From Candidatus Caldarchaeum sp. (GTDB taxonomy: Archaea; Thermoproteota; Nitrososphaeria_A; Caldarchaeales; Caldarchaeaceae), in the NCBI GenBank assembly GCA_038831915.1, contig JAWBKB010000002.1:32001-96000 (forward strand): a stretch of DNA of 64,000 nucleotides, given 5' to 3'. The notes beneath the pieces are model-generated. The model ran no database searches, was not told the DNA's origin, and was given only the letters and a program-made list of their open reading frames with translations. The position numbers and the translations under genes are program-made. Below, piece after piece: positions 19,194 through 28,299 of the stretch (within the stretch, counting starts at the first letter, position 1; each line of letters starts with the position of its first letter).

Positions 19194-19628
19194 ATGGCGA
19201 AAAGATCTCGTGCGGTTGCTGCTGTTGGAATTCTCGAAAGAAGGCCGAACCTTCCACGTACAATTGTGCCAGGTTCCTTGGTCGTATGTGCTGATAACTC
19301 CGGCGCGCAGGTTCTGAAAATCATACAGGTTCACGGTATTTCTACAAGGCTGAGAAAAGTTCCCGCAGCCGCGGTTGGTGACATGCTTAGCGTAACTGTG
19401 AAGAAGGGTTCCGCGGATTTGAGGAAAAAACCCATGCACGCCATCCTAATCAGGCAGAAAAAGCCATACAGAAGGAGCGACGGAACATGGATTTCGTTTG
19501 AAGACACTGCAGCGGTTCTAGTCACTCCTGAAGGCGACCTAAAGGGAACCGAGATTAAAGGACCTGTCGCAAAAGAGGCGGCGGAAAGATGGCCACGTAT
19601 CGCAAACGCCGCCAGCATACTTGTTTGA
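19194..19628 (+). CDS. rpl14: 50S ribosomal protein uL14
   Basis: CADNSGA, AAVGD, FED, IKGPVAKEAAERWP. Confidence 0.97.
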   Translation: MAKRSRAVAAVGILERRPNLPRTIVPGSLVVCADNSGAQVLKIIQVHGISTRLRKVPAAAVGDMLSVTVKKGSADLRKKPMHAILIRQKKPYRRSDGTWISFEDTAAVLVTPEGDLKGTEIKGPVAKEAAERWPRIANAASILV

Positions 19629-19998
19629 GGTGATAAAATTGGTTTCAGTGCTTGCTCGCAAACAGAGGCTTCGGCGGTTCAACGCGCCTCGTCACGTGTT
19701 GGTCAAGTTTCTTTCCGTTCAACTTTCTCCCGATTTGAGGAATAAATACGGCAGACGTTCACTGACGGTTCGGGTCGGAGACACTGTGAAAGTTATGAAA
19801 GGAATATTCAAAGGCGTGGAAGGTAAGGTCAAAAGAGTCGACGTAAAACGCCAGATGGTGTACATCGAGAATGTTTCGAGGAAAAAAGCCGATGGGTCTA
19901 CGGTTGACGTGCCTATTCGAGCTCCTAACTTGATGATTACGCAGCTTAATTTGGATGACAAGCTTCGGAAAGAGAAGCTGGAGGTGAAAAAATCATGA
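19621..19998 (+). CDS. rpl24: 50S ribosomal protein uL24
   Basis: RKQR, KYGRRSL, GDTVKVMKG (KOW); start uncertain. Confidence 0.95.
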   Translation: MFEVIKLVSVLARKQRLRRFNAPRHVLVKFLSVQLSPDLRNKYGRRSLTVRVGDTVKVMKGIFKGVEGKVKRVDVKRQMVYIENVSRKKADGSTVDVPIRAPNLMITQLNLDDKLRKEKLEVKKS

Positions 19999-20711
19999 CA
20001 CATCTGAAATCCCTCGCCGCTCCGAAACATTTTCCGAAAAAAGACACAGTCTTCACGGTGAGCCCTCGTCCCGGGCCACATCCGAAAAAACGCTCGATTC
20101 CCCTTTTAATCGTTGTCCGTCACCTGCTAAGTTACGCCGAAAACGCAAAAACAGCGAGAAAGCTGATAAGAAGTGGCAAATTTTTCGTAGACGGGAAACC
20201 TGTAAGAGACCCTCGTTACCCGCTCGGCTTAATGGATGTTTTATCTATCCCCACAACCGGCGAACATTACAGAATTCTCATACGGCCCGGCAAAGGATTA
20301 TTCCTCTTCAAAATAGCAGAACCTGAGGCTAACTTCAAGGTCTGTCAAGTGTTGCGGAAAAATCACGTTCGCGGTGGTGGTCTGATGATTGGGCTCCACG
20401 ACGGTCGTACCATATTGTTCAGAGCTGAAGAACTTGAGCGGGGACGTGCCCTAAAAATCCTCGACTCCGTCAAAATTGGATTGCCTGACCAAGACCTTCT
20501 CGAAACCGTTTCCCTCAACACAGACGTCCAAGCCTATGTTCACAGCGGAGCTCGGGCTGGACTTTATGGTAAAGTTGCGAAAATCCGCAGAGAAGTTGTT
20601 TTCCCCGACAAACCAACCGTGACCATCGAAACAACATCAGGCACTGTGACCACTCTTCTCCGTAATGTCATGCCCATAGGAGGTGAAACACCTTGGATAA
20701 CACTTCCCTAG
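19995..20711 (+). CDS. rps4e: 30S ribosomal protein eS4
   Basis: HLKSLAAP, PGPH, VDGKPVRD, GLMDV, LHDGR. Confidence 0.96.
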   Translation: MTHLKSLAAPKHFPKKDTVFTVSPRPGPHPKKRSIPLLIVVRHLLSYAENAKTARKLIRSGKFFVDGKPVRDPRYPLGLMDVLSIPTTGEHYRILIRPGKGLFLFKIAEPEANFKVCQVLRKNHVRGGGLMIGLHDGRTILFRAEELERGRALKILDSVKIGLPDQDLLETVSLNTDVQAYVHSGARAGLYGKVAKIRREVVFPDKPTVTIETTSGTVTTLLRNVMPIGGETPWITLP

Positions 20712-21217
20712 AGCTCATCACAAAGCCCCGCATTGAAAAGGTTGTTGTCAACTGTTGCGTTGGCGAGGGAGGTGCGAAGCTCGAAAAAGCTCAGAAAATC
20801 ATCGAATCGCTTGTAGGGCAGGTTCCCGAGGTAAGGAAAGCTCGCAAAACCATTCGAGGATTTGGAATTCATCGTGGCGAGCCCATAGCCATACGCGTAA
20901 CTTTGAGGAAACAGCTTGCAGAAGAATTTCTGCGAAAAGTACTCGCAGCCGTGAACAACCGAGTCAAAAAATCCTCGATAGACAAAGATGGAAACATTTC
21001 CTTCGGCATCAAAGAGCATCTCGACATTCCCGGCACTCGTTACAACCCTGAACTAGGCATCATCGGAATGGATGTCACAATTCATCTTAGCAAGCCCGGC
21101 TACCGTGTTAGTAAAAGGGCTTACAGGCCTTCTAAAGTTGGGAGGAGGCAAATGGTTTCTGTGTATGAAGCTGTTGAGTTTTTGAAAAACCTTGGTGTTG
21201 AGGTGGTTGAAGAATGA
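20693..21217 (+). CDS. rpl5: 50S ribosomal protein uL5
   Basis: KVVVN, VTLR, SFGIKEHLDIPG, GIIGMDV. Confidence 0.97.
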   Translation: MDNTSLELITKPRIEKVVVNCCVGEGGAKLEKAQKIIESLVGQVPEVRKARKTIRGFGIHRGEPIAIRVTLRKQLAEEFLRKVLAAVNNRVKKSSIDKDGNISFGIKEHLDIPGTRYNPELGIIGMDVTIHLSKPGYRVSKRAYRPSKVGRRQMVSVYEAVEFLKNLGVEVVEE

Positions 21218-21375
21218 AGCACAAACCGCCGAAACAGCGGAAGTTTGGTAAAGGTGTTCACGTCTGCCGTAGATGTGGCACTAGCGTTGGCGTCATAAGA
21301 AAATACGGGCTATATCTTTGCCGGAGATGCATCAACGAAGTAGGTCCGAAAATTGGGTTCTACGTTTATGACTAG
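21214..21375 (+). CDS. rps14: 30S ribosomal protein uS14 (Zn type, 53 aa, below ORF-track cutoff)
   Basis: Manual translation MKHKPPKQRKFGKGVHVCRRCG..IRKYGLYLCRRC..IGF; between rpl5 and rps8. Confidence 0.95.
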   Translation: MKHKPPKQRKFGKGVHVCRRCGTSVGVIRKYGLYLCRRCINEVGPKIGFYVYD

Positions 21376-21386
21376 GTGAATAAAAA

Positions 21387-21770
21387 ATGAGCGACCTTGT
21401 TTCATCCTTGTTCACTACTTTGCAAAACAACGAAATGGTTAGAAACAGAGAATGCATCGTAAAAACTTCGAAGCTAGTGGGAGAAATTCTCAAAGTTCTG
21501 CAGAGACACGGATACATCGGTGCCTTCGAGTACATCGACAACGGGCGAGGAGGACTTTTCAAAATCCAGCTTCTCGGAAGAATCAACAAATCGGCTCCGA
21601 TAAAACCCCGTATTGCGGTAAAAGCTTCGCAGTATGAATTTTTCGAGCAGAGGTTCTTACCGGGCCGCAACATCGGCCTTCTAGTGGTCACCACGCCGAA
21701 AGGAGTGATGTCGCATGAAGAGGCTAAAAAACAATCAACCGGAGGGAGGTTGCTTGGCTACGTCTACTAA
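21387..21770 (+). CDS. rps8: 30S ribosomal protein uS8
   Basis: GYIGAFEYIDNGRGG, TTPKGVMSHEEA, GGRLLGYVY. Confidence 0.97.
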   Translation: MSDLVSSLFTTLQNNEMVRNRECIVKTSKLVGEILKVLQRHGYIGAFEYIDNGRGGLFKIQLLGRINKSAPIKPRIAVKASQYEFFEQRFLPGRNIGLLVVTTPKGVMSHEEAKKQSTGGRLLGYVY

Positions 21771-22299
21771 ATACGTAGAGGAATCACTTCCACTGCCCAC
21801 CGATGCCTCCGTCAAAGTGGAAGGCAAACAGCTTATCTTCGAGGGAAAGAAAGGGCGATTCGTCAAGGACGTGAGCCATATTCCCGCCGACATCAAGATT
21901 GAAAACGGGAAAATTGTTTTCCGTGTTCCAGGTCGTTCGAGAAAGGCAAAGGCCCTCGCCGGAACACTTGTTTCCATCGTCAAAAACGGCATCGAAGGTG
22001 TTTCGAAGGGCTACACCTACAAGTTGAAAATTATTTCGTCACATTTCCCGATAACAGTAAAGGTGGTGGGAAAGGAAGTTCACATAAGCAACTTCATAGG
22101 CGAAAGATACGTTCGGAAGGCACAGATTGTGGGAGACGTTTCTGTCCAAGTCAAGGGAGATGAAATAATTGTTTCGGGAATTGATAAAGAAAAAGTAGGC
22201 CAGACCGCTGCCAACATCGAGAACGCCACAAAAATCCCCCGAAAAGACCCACGTAAATTTTTGGACGGAATCTATGTTGCTGAAAAATCATTTGGGTGA
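21754..22299 (+). CDS. rpl6: 50S ribosomal protein uL6
   Basis: SHFPI, NFIGE, VGQTAANIE, DPRKFLDGIY; TTG start after GGAGGT. Confidence 0.96.
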   Translation: MATSTKYVEESLPLPTDASVKVEGKQLIFEGKKGRFVKDVSHIPADIKIENGKIVFRVPGRSRKAKALAGTLVSIVKNGIEGVSKGYTYKLKIISSHFPITVKVVGKEVHISNFIGERYVRKAQIVGDVSVQVKGDEIIVSGIDKEKVGQTAANIENATKIPRKDPRKFLDGIYVAEKSFG

Positions 22300-22305
22300 T
22301 GCAGA

Positions 22306-22689
22306 ATGCTTCCGAAGCGAATTTTGAAGAAAAGGAGAAAAACGCCGGAATTTGTCCGACAAGAAAGTTGGCGGTACAAAAGGCTTGAAACCAGTTACCG
22401 AAGGCCCAGGGGTAAGGACAGCCGGATGAGGCTGCAGAAAAGCGGTTCACCTCCGTTGGCAAAAATCGGATACGGAAGCCCGCGGAAATATCGAGGACTT
22501 CATCCTTCAGGCTACAGAGAAGTGCTTGTCATGTCAGTCGCTGAGCTTGAAAACCTCAACCCTTCAAGCGATGCCGTACGCATCTCAGGACGCCTCGGGT
22601 TGAAGAAAAAACGGGAAATTTTCGACGCAGCACGCGCCAAAGGACTTAAAGTACTTAATCCACCCATCAAGGCTGGTGGTGGTTCATGA
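22306..22689 (+). CDS. rpl32e: 50S ribosomal protein eL32
   Basis: FVRQES, RRPRGKDS, RGLHPSG. Confidence 0.96.
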   Translation: MLPKRILKKRRKTPEFVRQESWRYKRLETSYRRPRGKDSRMRLQKSGSPPLAKIGYGSPRKYRGLHPSGYREVLVMSVAELENLNPSSDAVRISGRLGLKKKREIFDAARAKGLKVLNPPIKAGGGS

Positions 22690-23120
22690 CGCTGGAAATG
22701 CAGAAAAGAATGGCCGCGGATTTACTCGAATGCGGCGTCACACGTGTTAGATTCGACCCGGAGAGACTCGAAGACATCGAATCAGCGATAACAAGGGCAG
22801 AAATACGTAAGCTTATCGCTGACGGGGCCATCTACAAAATCCCAGCCAAAGGAGTTAGCAGAGCTAGGTACGAGCCGGAAAGGAAGAGAAAGGAAGGAAG
22901 TCGGAAAGGAGGCAAGCATTCGATAATTCCGCGTAAAACCATGTGGATGACCAGAGTCAGAGCACAGCGAGCCTACCTACGGAAGCTCCGAGATACAGGA
23001 ATGATAGACACACAGGATTACCGGATTCTATACAGCTACGTGAAAGCTGGCAATTTTAAATCAGTCGCAGCTCTCAAAGAGTACATTAGAAGCAAGGGAC
23101 TTTTGAAGGAGGCTATGTAA
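22686..23120 (+). CDS. rpl19e: 50S ribosomal protein eL19
   Basis: QKRMAA, AITRAEIRKLI, GSRKG, WMTRVRAQR. Confidence 0.96.
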   Translation: MTLEMQKRMAADLLECGVTRVRFDPERLEDIESAITRAEIRKLIADGAIYKIPAKGVSRARYEPERKRKEGSRKGGKHSIIPRKTMWMTRVRAQRAYLRKLRDTGMIDTQDYRILYSYVKAGNFKSVAALKEYIRSKGLLKEAM

Positions 23121-23121
23121 A

Positions 23122-23700
23122 ATGTCCAAACCTCCTCTCAGGATGAAGCCAAGAAGAAGACGCCAGGGATACACAGACTATCGTAAACGTCTCGCTTTAG
23201 TGAAATCAGGCGTCGAACGACTCGTGGTCAGGAGAACTAACAGACGAATTATCGTGCAGGTTGTGAAATCGAAAGCAAAAGGCGACAACACTTTGATAAC
23301 CGTTTTTTCTGATGTTTTGAAGCAGTACGGATGGAAAGGTTCGTTCAAATCGGTTCCAGCCGCATATTTGACTGGGTTGTTGGCGGGTAAAAAAGCTCTC
23401 GAAAAAGGCCTTTCTAAGGCTATTGTTGACATAGGTCTATTCAGGTCGGTGAAGGGCTCGAGGCTTTATGCCTCGGTTAAAGGAGCCATCGACGCTGGGC
23501 TCGAAATTCCGGTTGATGAAAAAGTGTTACCTGAAGGGGACAGAATCCTCGGAAAACATATTTCAGAATACGTTGAAAAAATAATCGAAAGTCCTCACGG
23601 CTATCAGTTTATCGCCTCTGACAAAGAATACCTTCTTAAGCTCGACGAAGAAGTTGAACGAATTAAGAACTTAATCATCGGAGGGGGACAAAATGAGTGA
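23122..23700 (+). CDS. rpl18: 50S ribosomal protein uL18
   Basis: RRRRQGYTDY, RLVVRRTN, AAYLTG, KGAIDAGL. Confidence 0.96.
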   Translation: MSKPPLRMKPRRRRQGYTDYRKRLALVKSGVERLVVRRTNRRIIVQVVKSKAKGDNTLITVFSDVLKQYGWKGSFKSVPAAYLTGLLAGKKALEKGLSKAIVDIGLFRSVKGSRLYASVKGAIDAGLEIPVDEKVLPEGDRILGKHISEYVEKIIESPHGYQFIASDKEYLLKLDEEVERIKNLIIGGGQNE

Positions 23701-24307
23701 ATGGGTTCCGAAAACCAGCTTAGGCAGAATGGTGCTTGAAGGCAAAATTACTTCGATTGACCAGGTCTTTCAATCGCATGGAAAAATTCTCGAACCCGAG
23801 ATCGTCGACAGATTGTTGCCAAACTTGGAACAAGAAGTCATTGATGTCAAACTTGTTCAGCGGCAGACCGACGCGGGTGAAAAAACCCGTTTTAAAGCTC
23901 TTGTCGTGGTGGGTAACCGCGACGGATACATCGGCATCGGCACTGGTAAATCATCACAGGTTGTTTTAGCTATCGAGAAAGCAATCAGGAACGCAAAGCT
24001 TTCCATAGTGCCTGTTAAAAGAGGATGCGGGAGCTGGGAATGTGCATGCGGCGAGCCGCACAGTGTTTATATCAAAACTGAAGGCAAACATGGAAGCGTG
24101 CGCATTCAGGTTTTGCCGGCACCGAGAGGCCTCGGCCTAGTAGCCGGTGAATCTCAGAAAATTGTCTTCGCTTTGGCTGGAATATCGGATGTCTGGACCA
24201 GAGCCTTCGGCGAAACACGGACATCTCTTTCGGTAGTCGGAGCCACCTATGAAGCTCTCAAAGCAACCAATCAAGCTGTCCTGCCAGAATTGTGGAGGAC
24301 GGTGTAA
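23693..24307 (+). CDS. rps5: 30S ribosomal protein uS5
   Basis: WVPKTSLG, QRQTDAG, RGCGSWEC, PAPRGLG. Confidence 0.97.
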   Translation: MSEWVPKTSLGRMVLEGKITSIDQVFQSHGKILEPEIVDRLLPNLEQEVIDVKLVQRQTDAGEKTRFKALVVVGNRDGYIGIGTGKSSQVVLAIEKAIRNAKLSIVPVKRGCGSWECACGEPHSVYIKTEGKHGSVRIQVLPAPRGLGLVAGESQKIVFALAGISDVWTRAFGETRTSLSVVGATYEALKATNQAVLPELWRTV

Positions 24308-24308
24308 A

Positions 24309-24719
24309 ATGCCGGTCGTAGCGGTTGTGCGAATAAAAGGAAACGTAGGCATCGACCCAGACGTCAAAAAAACGTTAGAATCTCTCAAACTCGAAAAAGC
24401 TTTTACAGCGGCCCTTTTCAATCACAGCCAATCCCTCGAAGGCATGCTCAAAAAAGCTCAACGCTACCTAACGTGGGGAAAACCTAACAAACAAACTATA
24501 TTCACTCTGCTGAAGAGGTCCGGATACGCTGGCGACGATTTAGTGTCATTCGCCGAAAAACTCGAAAGAGACGAGGAAAAGCTGCTTCATCCTGTCTACG
24601 TAAACCTTCATCCACCCAAGAAGGGCTTTAGATATTCTGTGAAACGGGCTTTCAAGATGAAAGGAGAATACGGAGACCGTGGCGAAGACATCAACGAACT
24701 TTTCCGACGCATGGTTTAG
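24309..24719 (+). CDS. rpl30: 50S ribosomal protein uL30
   Basis: VVRIKG, YLTWG, LHPPKKG, GEYGDRG. Confidence 0.95.
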   Translation: MPVVAVVRIKGNVGIDPDVKKTLESLKLEKAFTAALFNHSQSLEGMLKKAQRYLTWGKPNKQTIFTLLKRSGYAGDDLVSFAEKLERDEEKLLHPVYVNLHPPKKGFRYSVKRAFKMKGEYGDRGEDINELFRRMV

Positions 24720-24782
24720 CCGGGAAACACTTATTAGCAGACCGGTTTCTCATAGCCGTGGATTCAATTTTAGGTGAAATTC

Positions 24783-25196
24783 ATGCCGACAAGGCTGAGA
24801 AAAGTCCGTAAATTCAGAGGTTCGCGGACGCATGGATGGGGACAAATAGGACAGCATAGGAAAACAGGTGCTAAAGGAGGTCGAGGAATGGCGGGAGGCC
24901 ACAAACACAAATGGACCAAGCTCCTCAAAACAAACTACTTTGGGAAACATGGATTCGTCCCGGTAAAACGAATCACAAACCGAATCGCGAATTTCATGAC
25001 AGTCACGAAAATCGCCGAGGAAACAGGAAGCACTGTGGTCAACCTCGCTGAAAAAGGCTATGACAAACTTCTTGGAGACGGTCGGGTAGACAAGCCCTAT
25101 ACCGTTGTTGTTGAGAAATGGAGCCGCAAAGCTGAAGAAAAACTCAAACAAATGGGCGGCAAGCTCATCAAACCAGCAGAGCTGGTGACGGCATGA
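24783..25196 (+). CDS. rpl15: 50S ribosomal protein uL15
   Basis: RGSRTHGWG, GGRGMAG, FGKHGF, KLLGDG. Confidence 0.96.
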   Translation: MPTRLRKVRKFRGSRTHGWGQIGQHRKTGAKGGRGMAGGHKHKWTKLLKTNYFGKHGFVPVKRITNRIANFMTVTKIAEETGSTVVNLAEKGYDKLLGDGRVDKPYTVVVEKWSRKAEEKLKQMGGKLIKPAELVTA

Positions 25197-26626
25197 GCGA
25201 AAAATCACCGGTCAGAGTTTTTTTTGAAAAAGTTTCTAGAGTTCTACCAGAGATAAAGAAGCCGGGTAGAAAAGTCGGCCTTGGTGAAAAACTTGCTTGG
25301 ACCGCTCTGGCACTTGTTGTTTACAGCTGGATGGGGCACACGCTTCTTTATGGACTGCCGACGGGCCAGCAAGTCGGCCAAAGCCCAGTGCTGCTAAACG
25401 TTGTTTTCGCCCAGAAAACCGGGACACTCATCACACTGGGAATAGGCCCGATAGTCACGGCGGGGCTTATCCTACAGCTTTTGGTAGGCGCCGAACTGAT
25501 AAAACTCGACCTCAAAAAAAGCGAAGACAGAGCTCTATTCACATCAGTCAGTAAAATCTTCGCCATCATCATAGCTGTGTTTCAAGGAGCTGCGTACGTC
25601 TCGGCTGGGTTTTTCGGCCCCACTACGGAAACGCAGAACTTAGCTATTTTTGTCCAGCTTGTCGCCGCGACCATACTGATTATACTGCTTGACGAACTTG
25701 TGCAAAAAGGTTGGGGGCTTGGAAGCGGAATAAGTCTTTTTATAGTGGCTGGAGTTGCTGAAGAGATATTCGTTTCCCTGTTTTCACCGATCATTCTCCC
25801 GGACGAAATCTACCAAGGAATCATTCTGGCACTGTTTCAGACATTAGTGGCTGGAAACATAGGAGCGATTTTGATACGCGCGGGAGGATTCCCAGACCTT
25901 GTTGGATTTATTTCCACGATTTTTCTGATTGGCGCCCTCATCTATATAGAGGCGATCCGCGTCGAAATCCCGATTTCATACGCTAAATTCCAAGGATACC
26001 GTGCCAAATATCCCGTTAAACTACTGTATGTTTCAAACGTGCCGATAATTTTCGCAACGACAGTGTTCAGCAATATTTTCTACTTGGGCTCGCTCGTTTG
26101 GAGCAGGTTCAACCCCAACAACGAAAACGTCTTCCTCAACCTCATCGGCACTTATACCTTTGACCAAGAAGCTGGAACGGTTGTCGCAACCGGCGGCCTA
26201 GCCTACTACGTCATCGGCCCGAGAGGACTTGCAAGCGTTTTCGAGGACCCGACGAGAGCTGTTGTCCATGCAGGGCTGCTGATAATGTTCGCCGTGCTTT
26301 TCGCGAAGTTCTGGGTACAAATATCAGGCCTCGCGCCTGAAAAAGTGGCTGAACAGTTGATCAGCGCAGGGATGCAGGTCCCTGGCTTTAGAAGGTCGCC
26401 GGAAATCATAGCCAGCATAATCAAAAAATACATCGGAACTGTTACGATTTTGGGAGGGTTGATAATCGGAACTGTCGCGAGCGTCGCAGATTACCTCGCA
26501 GTCTACGGCTCTGGTATAGGGATTCTTCTGACAATAGGCATTCTTCATCAATACTATCAGCTGCTGGTGAGAGAGAGAATTTCCGAAATGTATCCTGCTC
26601 TCGGAAAACTGCTTGGAAGTGACTAA
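25193..26626 (+). CDS. secY: Preprotein translocase SecY
   Basis: LGIGPIVTAG, GWGLGSGISLFI, LLYVSNVP, GSGIGILL. Confidence 0.97.
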   Translation: MSEKSPVRVFFEKVSRVLPEIKKPGRKVGLGEKLAWTALALVVYSWMGHTLLYGLPTGQQVGQSPVLLNVVFAQKTGTLITLGIGPIVTAGLILQLLVGAELIKLDLKKSEDRALFTSVSKIFAIIIAVFQGAAYVSAGFFGPTTETQNLAIFVQLVAATILIILLDELVQKGWGLGSGISLFIVAGVAEEIFVSLFSPIILPDEIYQGIILALFQTLVAGNIGAILIRAGGFPDLVGFISTIFLIGALIYIEAIRVEIPISYAKFQGYRAKYPVKLLYVSNVPIIFATTVFSNIFYLGSLVWSRFNPNNENVFLNLIGTYTFDQEAGTVVATGGLAYYVIGPRGLASVFEDPTRAVVHAGLLIMFAVLFAKFWVQISGLAPEKVAEQLISAGMQVPGFRRSPEIIASIIKKYIGTVTILGGLIIGTVASVADYLAVYGSGIGILLTIGILHQYYQLLVRERISEMYPALGKLLGSD

Positions 26627-26628
26627 AA

Positions 26629-27150
26629 ATGCTGGTCGACATGATGATGATTTTATCTATCGCAGCAGCTCTTTCTTCAGCTACTTCGGTCCTCCGCAAA
26701 GTGGTTTTCAAACGCGAAGACTATTTGAAGATGGCCGAACTTCAGGCCTACAACCGTGAGCTGATGAACGCGACACGTAAAAAAGACCAGAAAACAATTC
26801 AGAAACTTCAAAAAAAGAAAGCATACATTCAGCAGATAAACGCGGACATCACAAAGAAAAACCTCGTCACGATGTTTTCCAGCCTTCTACTTTTCTTCAC
26901 GGTGTATCCTTTGTTGGTAGGTTTTTTCGGCGACGTAGTTGTAGGCTACACTCCGATAGGGCTGGATATTCCGTTTATAACGGAGCAGGGCCAGCTAAAG
27001 TTCTACGGATGGTTTATTTTGTCGTTTTTCGCTGTAAGTTCACCCATCGCGAAAGCGCTGGGCCTCGGTTTAACTGGATTACCTCCATCACAAGGTGAGA
27101 AAGATGAGAAGAAGTTTAAGGACACGAAGCAAAAAGAGAAAGACGATTAG
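26629..27150 (+). CDS. EMC3/TMCO1/Get1 (DUF106) membrane insertase-like protein
   Basis: TM - coiled coil - TM - GWF topology; canonical position after secY. Confidence 0.8.
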   Translation: MLVDMMMILSIAAALSSATSVLRKVVFKREDYLKMAELQAYNRELMNATRKKDQKTIQKLQKKKAYIQQINADITKKNLVTMFSSLLLFFTVYPLLVGFFGDVVVGYTPIGLDIPFITEQGQLKFYGWFILSFFAVSSPIAKALGLGLTGLPPSQGEKDEKKFKDTKQKEKDD

Positions 27151-27364
27151 GACCCCCGGTGGAAAGCTCAAACTTCAGTTCAGAAAGGAACTGCCAGGCC
27201 CGAGACGATGCAGGTTCTGCGGCTTAGAAATTCATGGCATATCGAAAGACCGTGGTGTCGCGCATTCAGAAAGAACCGTTGGAAGAATTTACGGAGGAGA
27301 GGTCTGCCATCGCTGCCTCGAAAAATCCATGGTTACCGCCGTCGCTTCCGAATGGTTAAAGTAA
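27104..27364 (+). CDS. rpl34e: 50S ribosomal protein eL34
   Basis: IRTPGG, CRFCG, RIYGGEVCHRC. Confidence 0.93.
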   Translation: MRRSLRTRSKKRKTIRTPGGKLKLQFRKELPGPRRCRFCGLEIHGISKDRGVAHSERTVGRIYGGEVCHRCLEKSMVTAVASEWLK

Positions 27365-27929
27365 AGTAGTTTTTAGCCGTTTCCGCTATTACTTCAGCCA
27401 CTTCAACAGGCTTCATCCTTGAAGTGTCCACTATGAGATGAAAGGGTGAAAAGTCTTCTCCAATCTTTATTCTGTACAGCCGGTAATAGATGCGGGCGCT
27501 TTTCCTATCTCGTTGTTTGAGAAGTTTCATCGCTTTTGGGATGGATAGTTTGCTGCGTTCCGCCATCCTTCGGGCCCGCGTTATTTCGTCAGCCGTCAGC
27601 CAGACTTTGAAAGCATTTTTGTCGCAGAGCCATGGCATGACCCATGAATCGACGACAACACCGCCTTTTTTGCACAGTTGAAGAAGCTTTTTGTCGACTT
27701 TGCGGTCGAAGCTTGGGTCTTGTCCACGTATTAGCAGAAATTTGACGCCGTTCGGTGTTTCCCACCATCCTGCCCCGCCGGGCTTGAAGCCCATCTCCTT
27801 GGCGACGGCTTTTAACGCGTCCCCGCCCGAAACATATTTGAGCTTCAACTTCTTAGCGAGGAGCTTGCCTACGGTGGATTTACCGACGGCGGCGAAACCA
27901 GCTAAGCAGACGACGGGTCTCGTAGCCAT
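27333..27929 (-). CDS. cmk: Cytidylate kinase (archaeal), inverted relative to operon
   Basis: GFAAVGKST, YVSGG, DRKVD, KVWLTA..RARR, LIVDT. Confidence 0.88.
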   Translation of the reverse strand: MATRPVVCLAGFAAVGKSTVGKLLAKKLKLKYVSGGDALKAVAKEMGFKPGGAGWWETPNGVKFLLIRGQDPSFDRKVDKKLLQLCKKGGVVVDSWVMPWLCDKNAFKVWLTADEITRARRMAERSKLSIPKAMKLLKQRDRKSARIYYRLYRIKIGEDFSPFHLIVDTSRMKPVEVAEVIAETAKNYFTLTIRKRRR

Positions 27930-27993
27930 GTTAACGAAAGTTCGCTGCGGAATTTATGTATAAAAATCATCTTTGCAAGCTCTTTTTTCAGAC

Positions 27994-28299
27994 ATGGTTG
28001 ACGATAGTTTAGTCGGCAGAATAGTCATGAAGGTTAGAGGACGAGACGCGGGACGAAAAGGTGTCGTTGTATCCGTTTTCTCTGGTGGATTTGTGTTAGT
28101 GACAGGTCCCAAATCTCTAACAGGTTTGAGAAGAAAACGCGTCAACATCATTCATATATTGCCAACTCCTTATAAGATTGAGATATCAAAGGATGCGTCC
28201 GACGAAGAAGTCACAAAAGCAATAAAAGAAGCAAACCTTGAAAAATACATGGTCGAAAAACATGAAATTAGGCAAGCCGCCTTGGCATCGAAAATATGA
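27994..28299 (+). CDS. rpl14e: 50S ribosomal protein eL14
   Basis: VGRIVMKVRGRDAG, VTGPKSLTG, RVNIIH. Confidence 0.95.
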   Translation: MVDDSLVGRIVMKVRGRDAGRKGVVVSVFSGGFVLVTGPKSLTGLRRKRVNIIHILPTPYKIEISKDASDEEVTKAIKEANLEKYMVEKHEIRQAALASKI

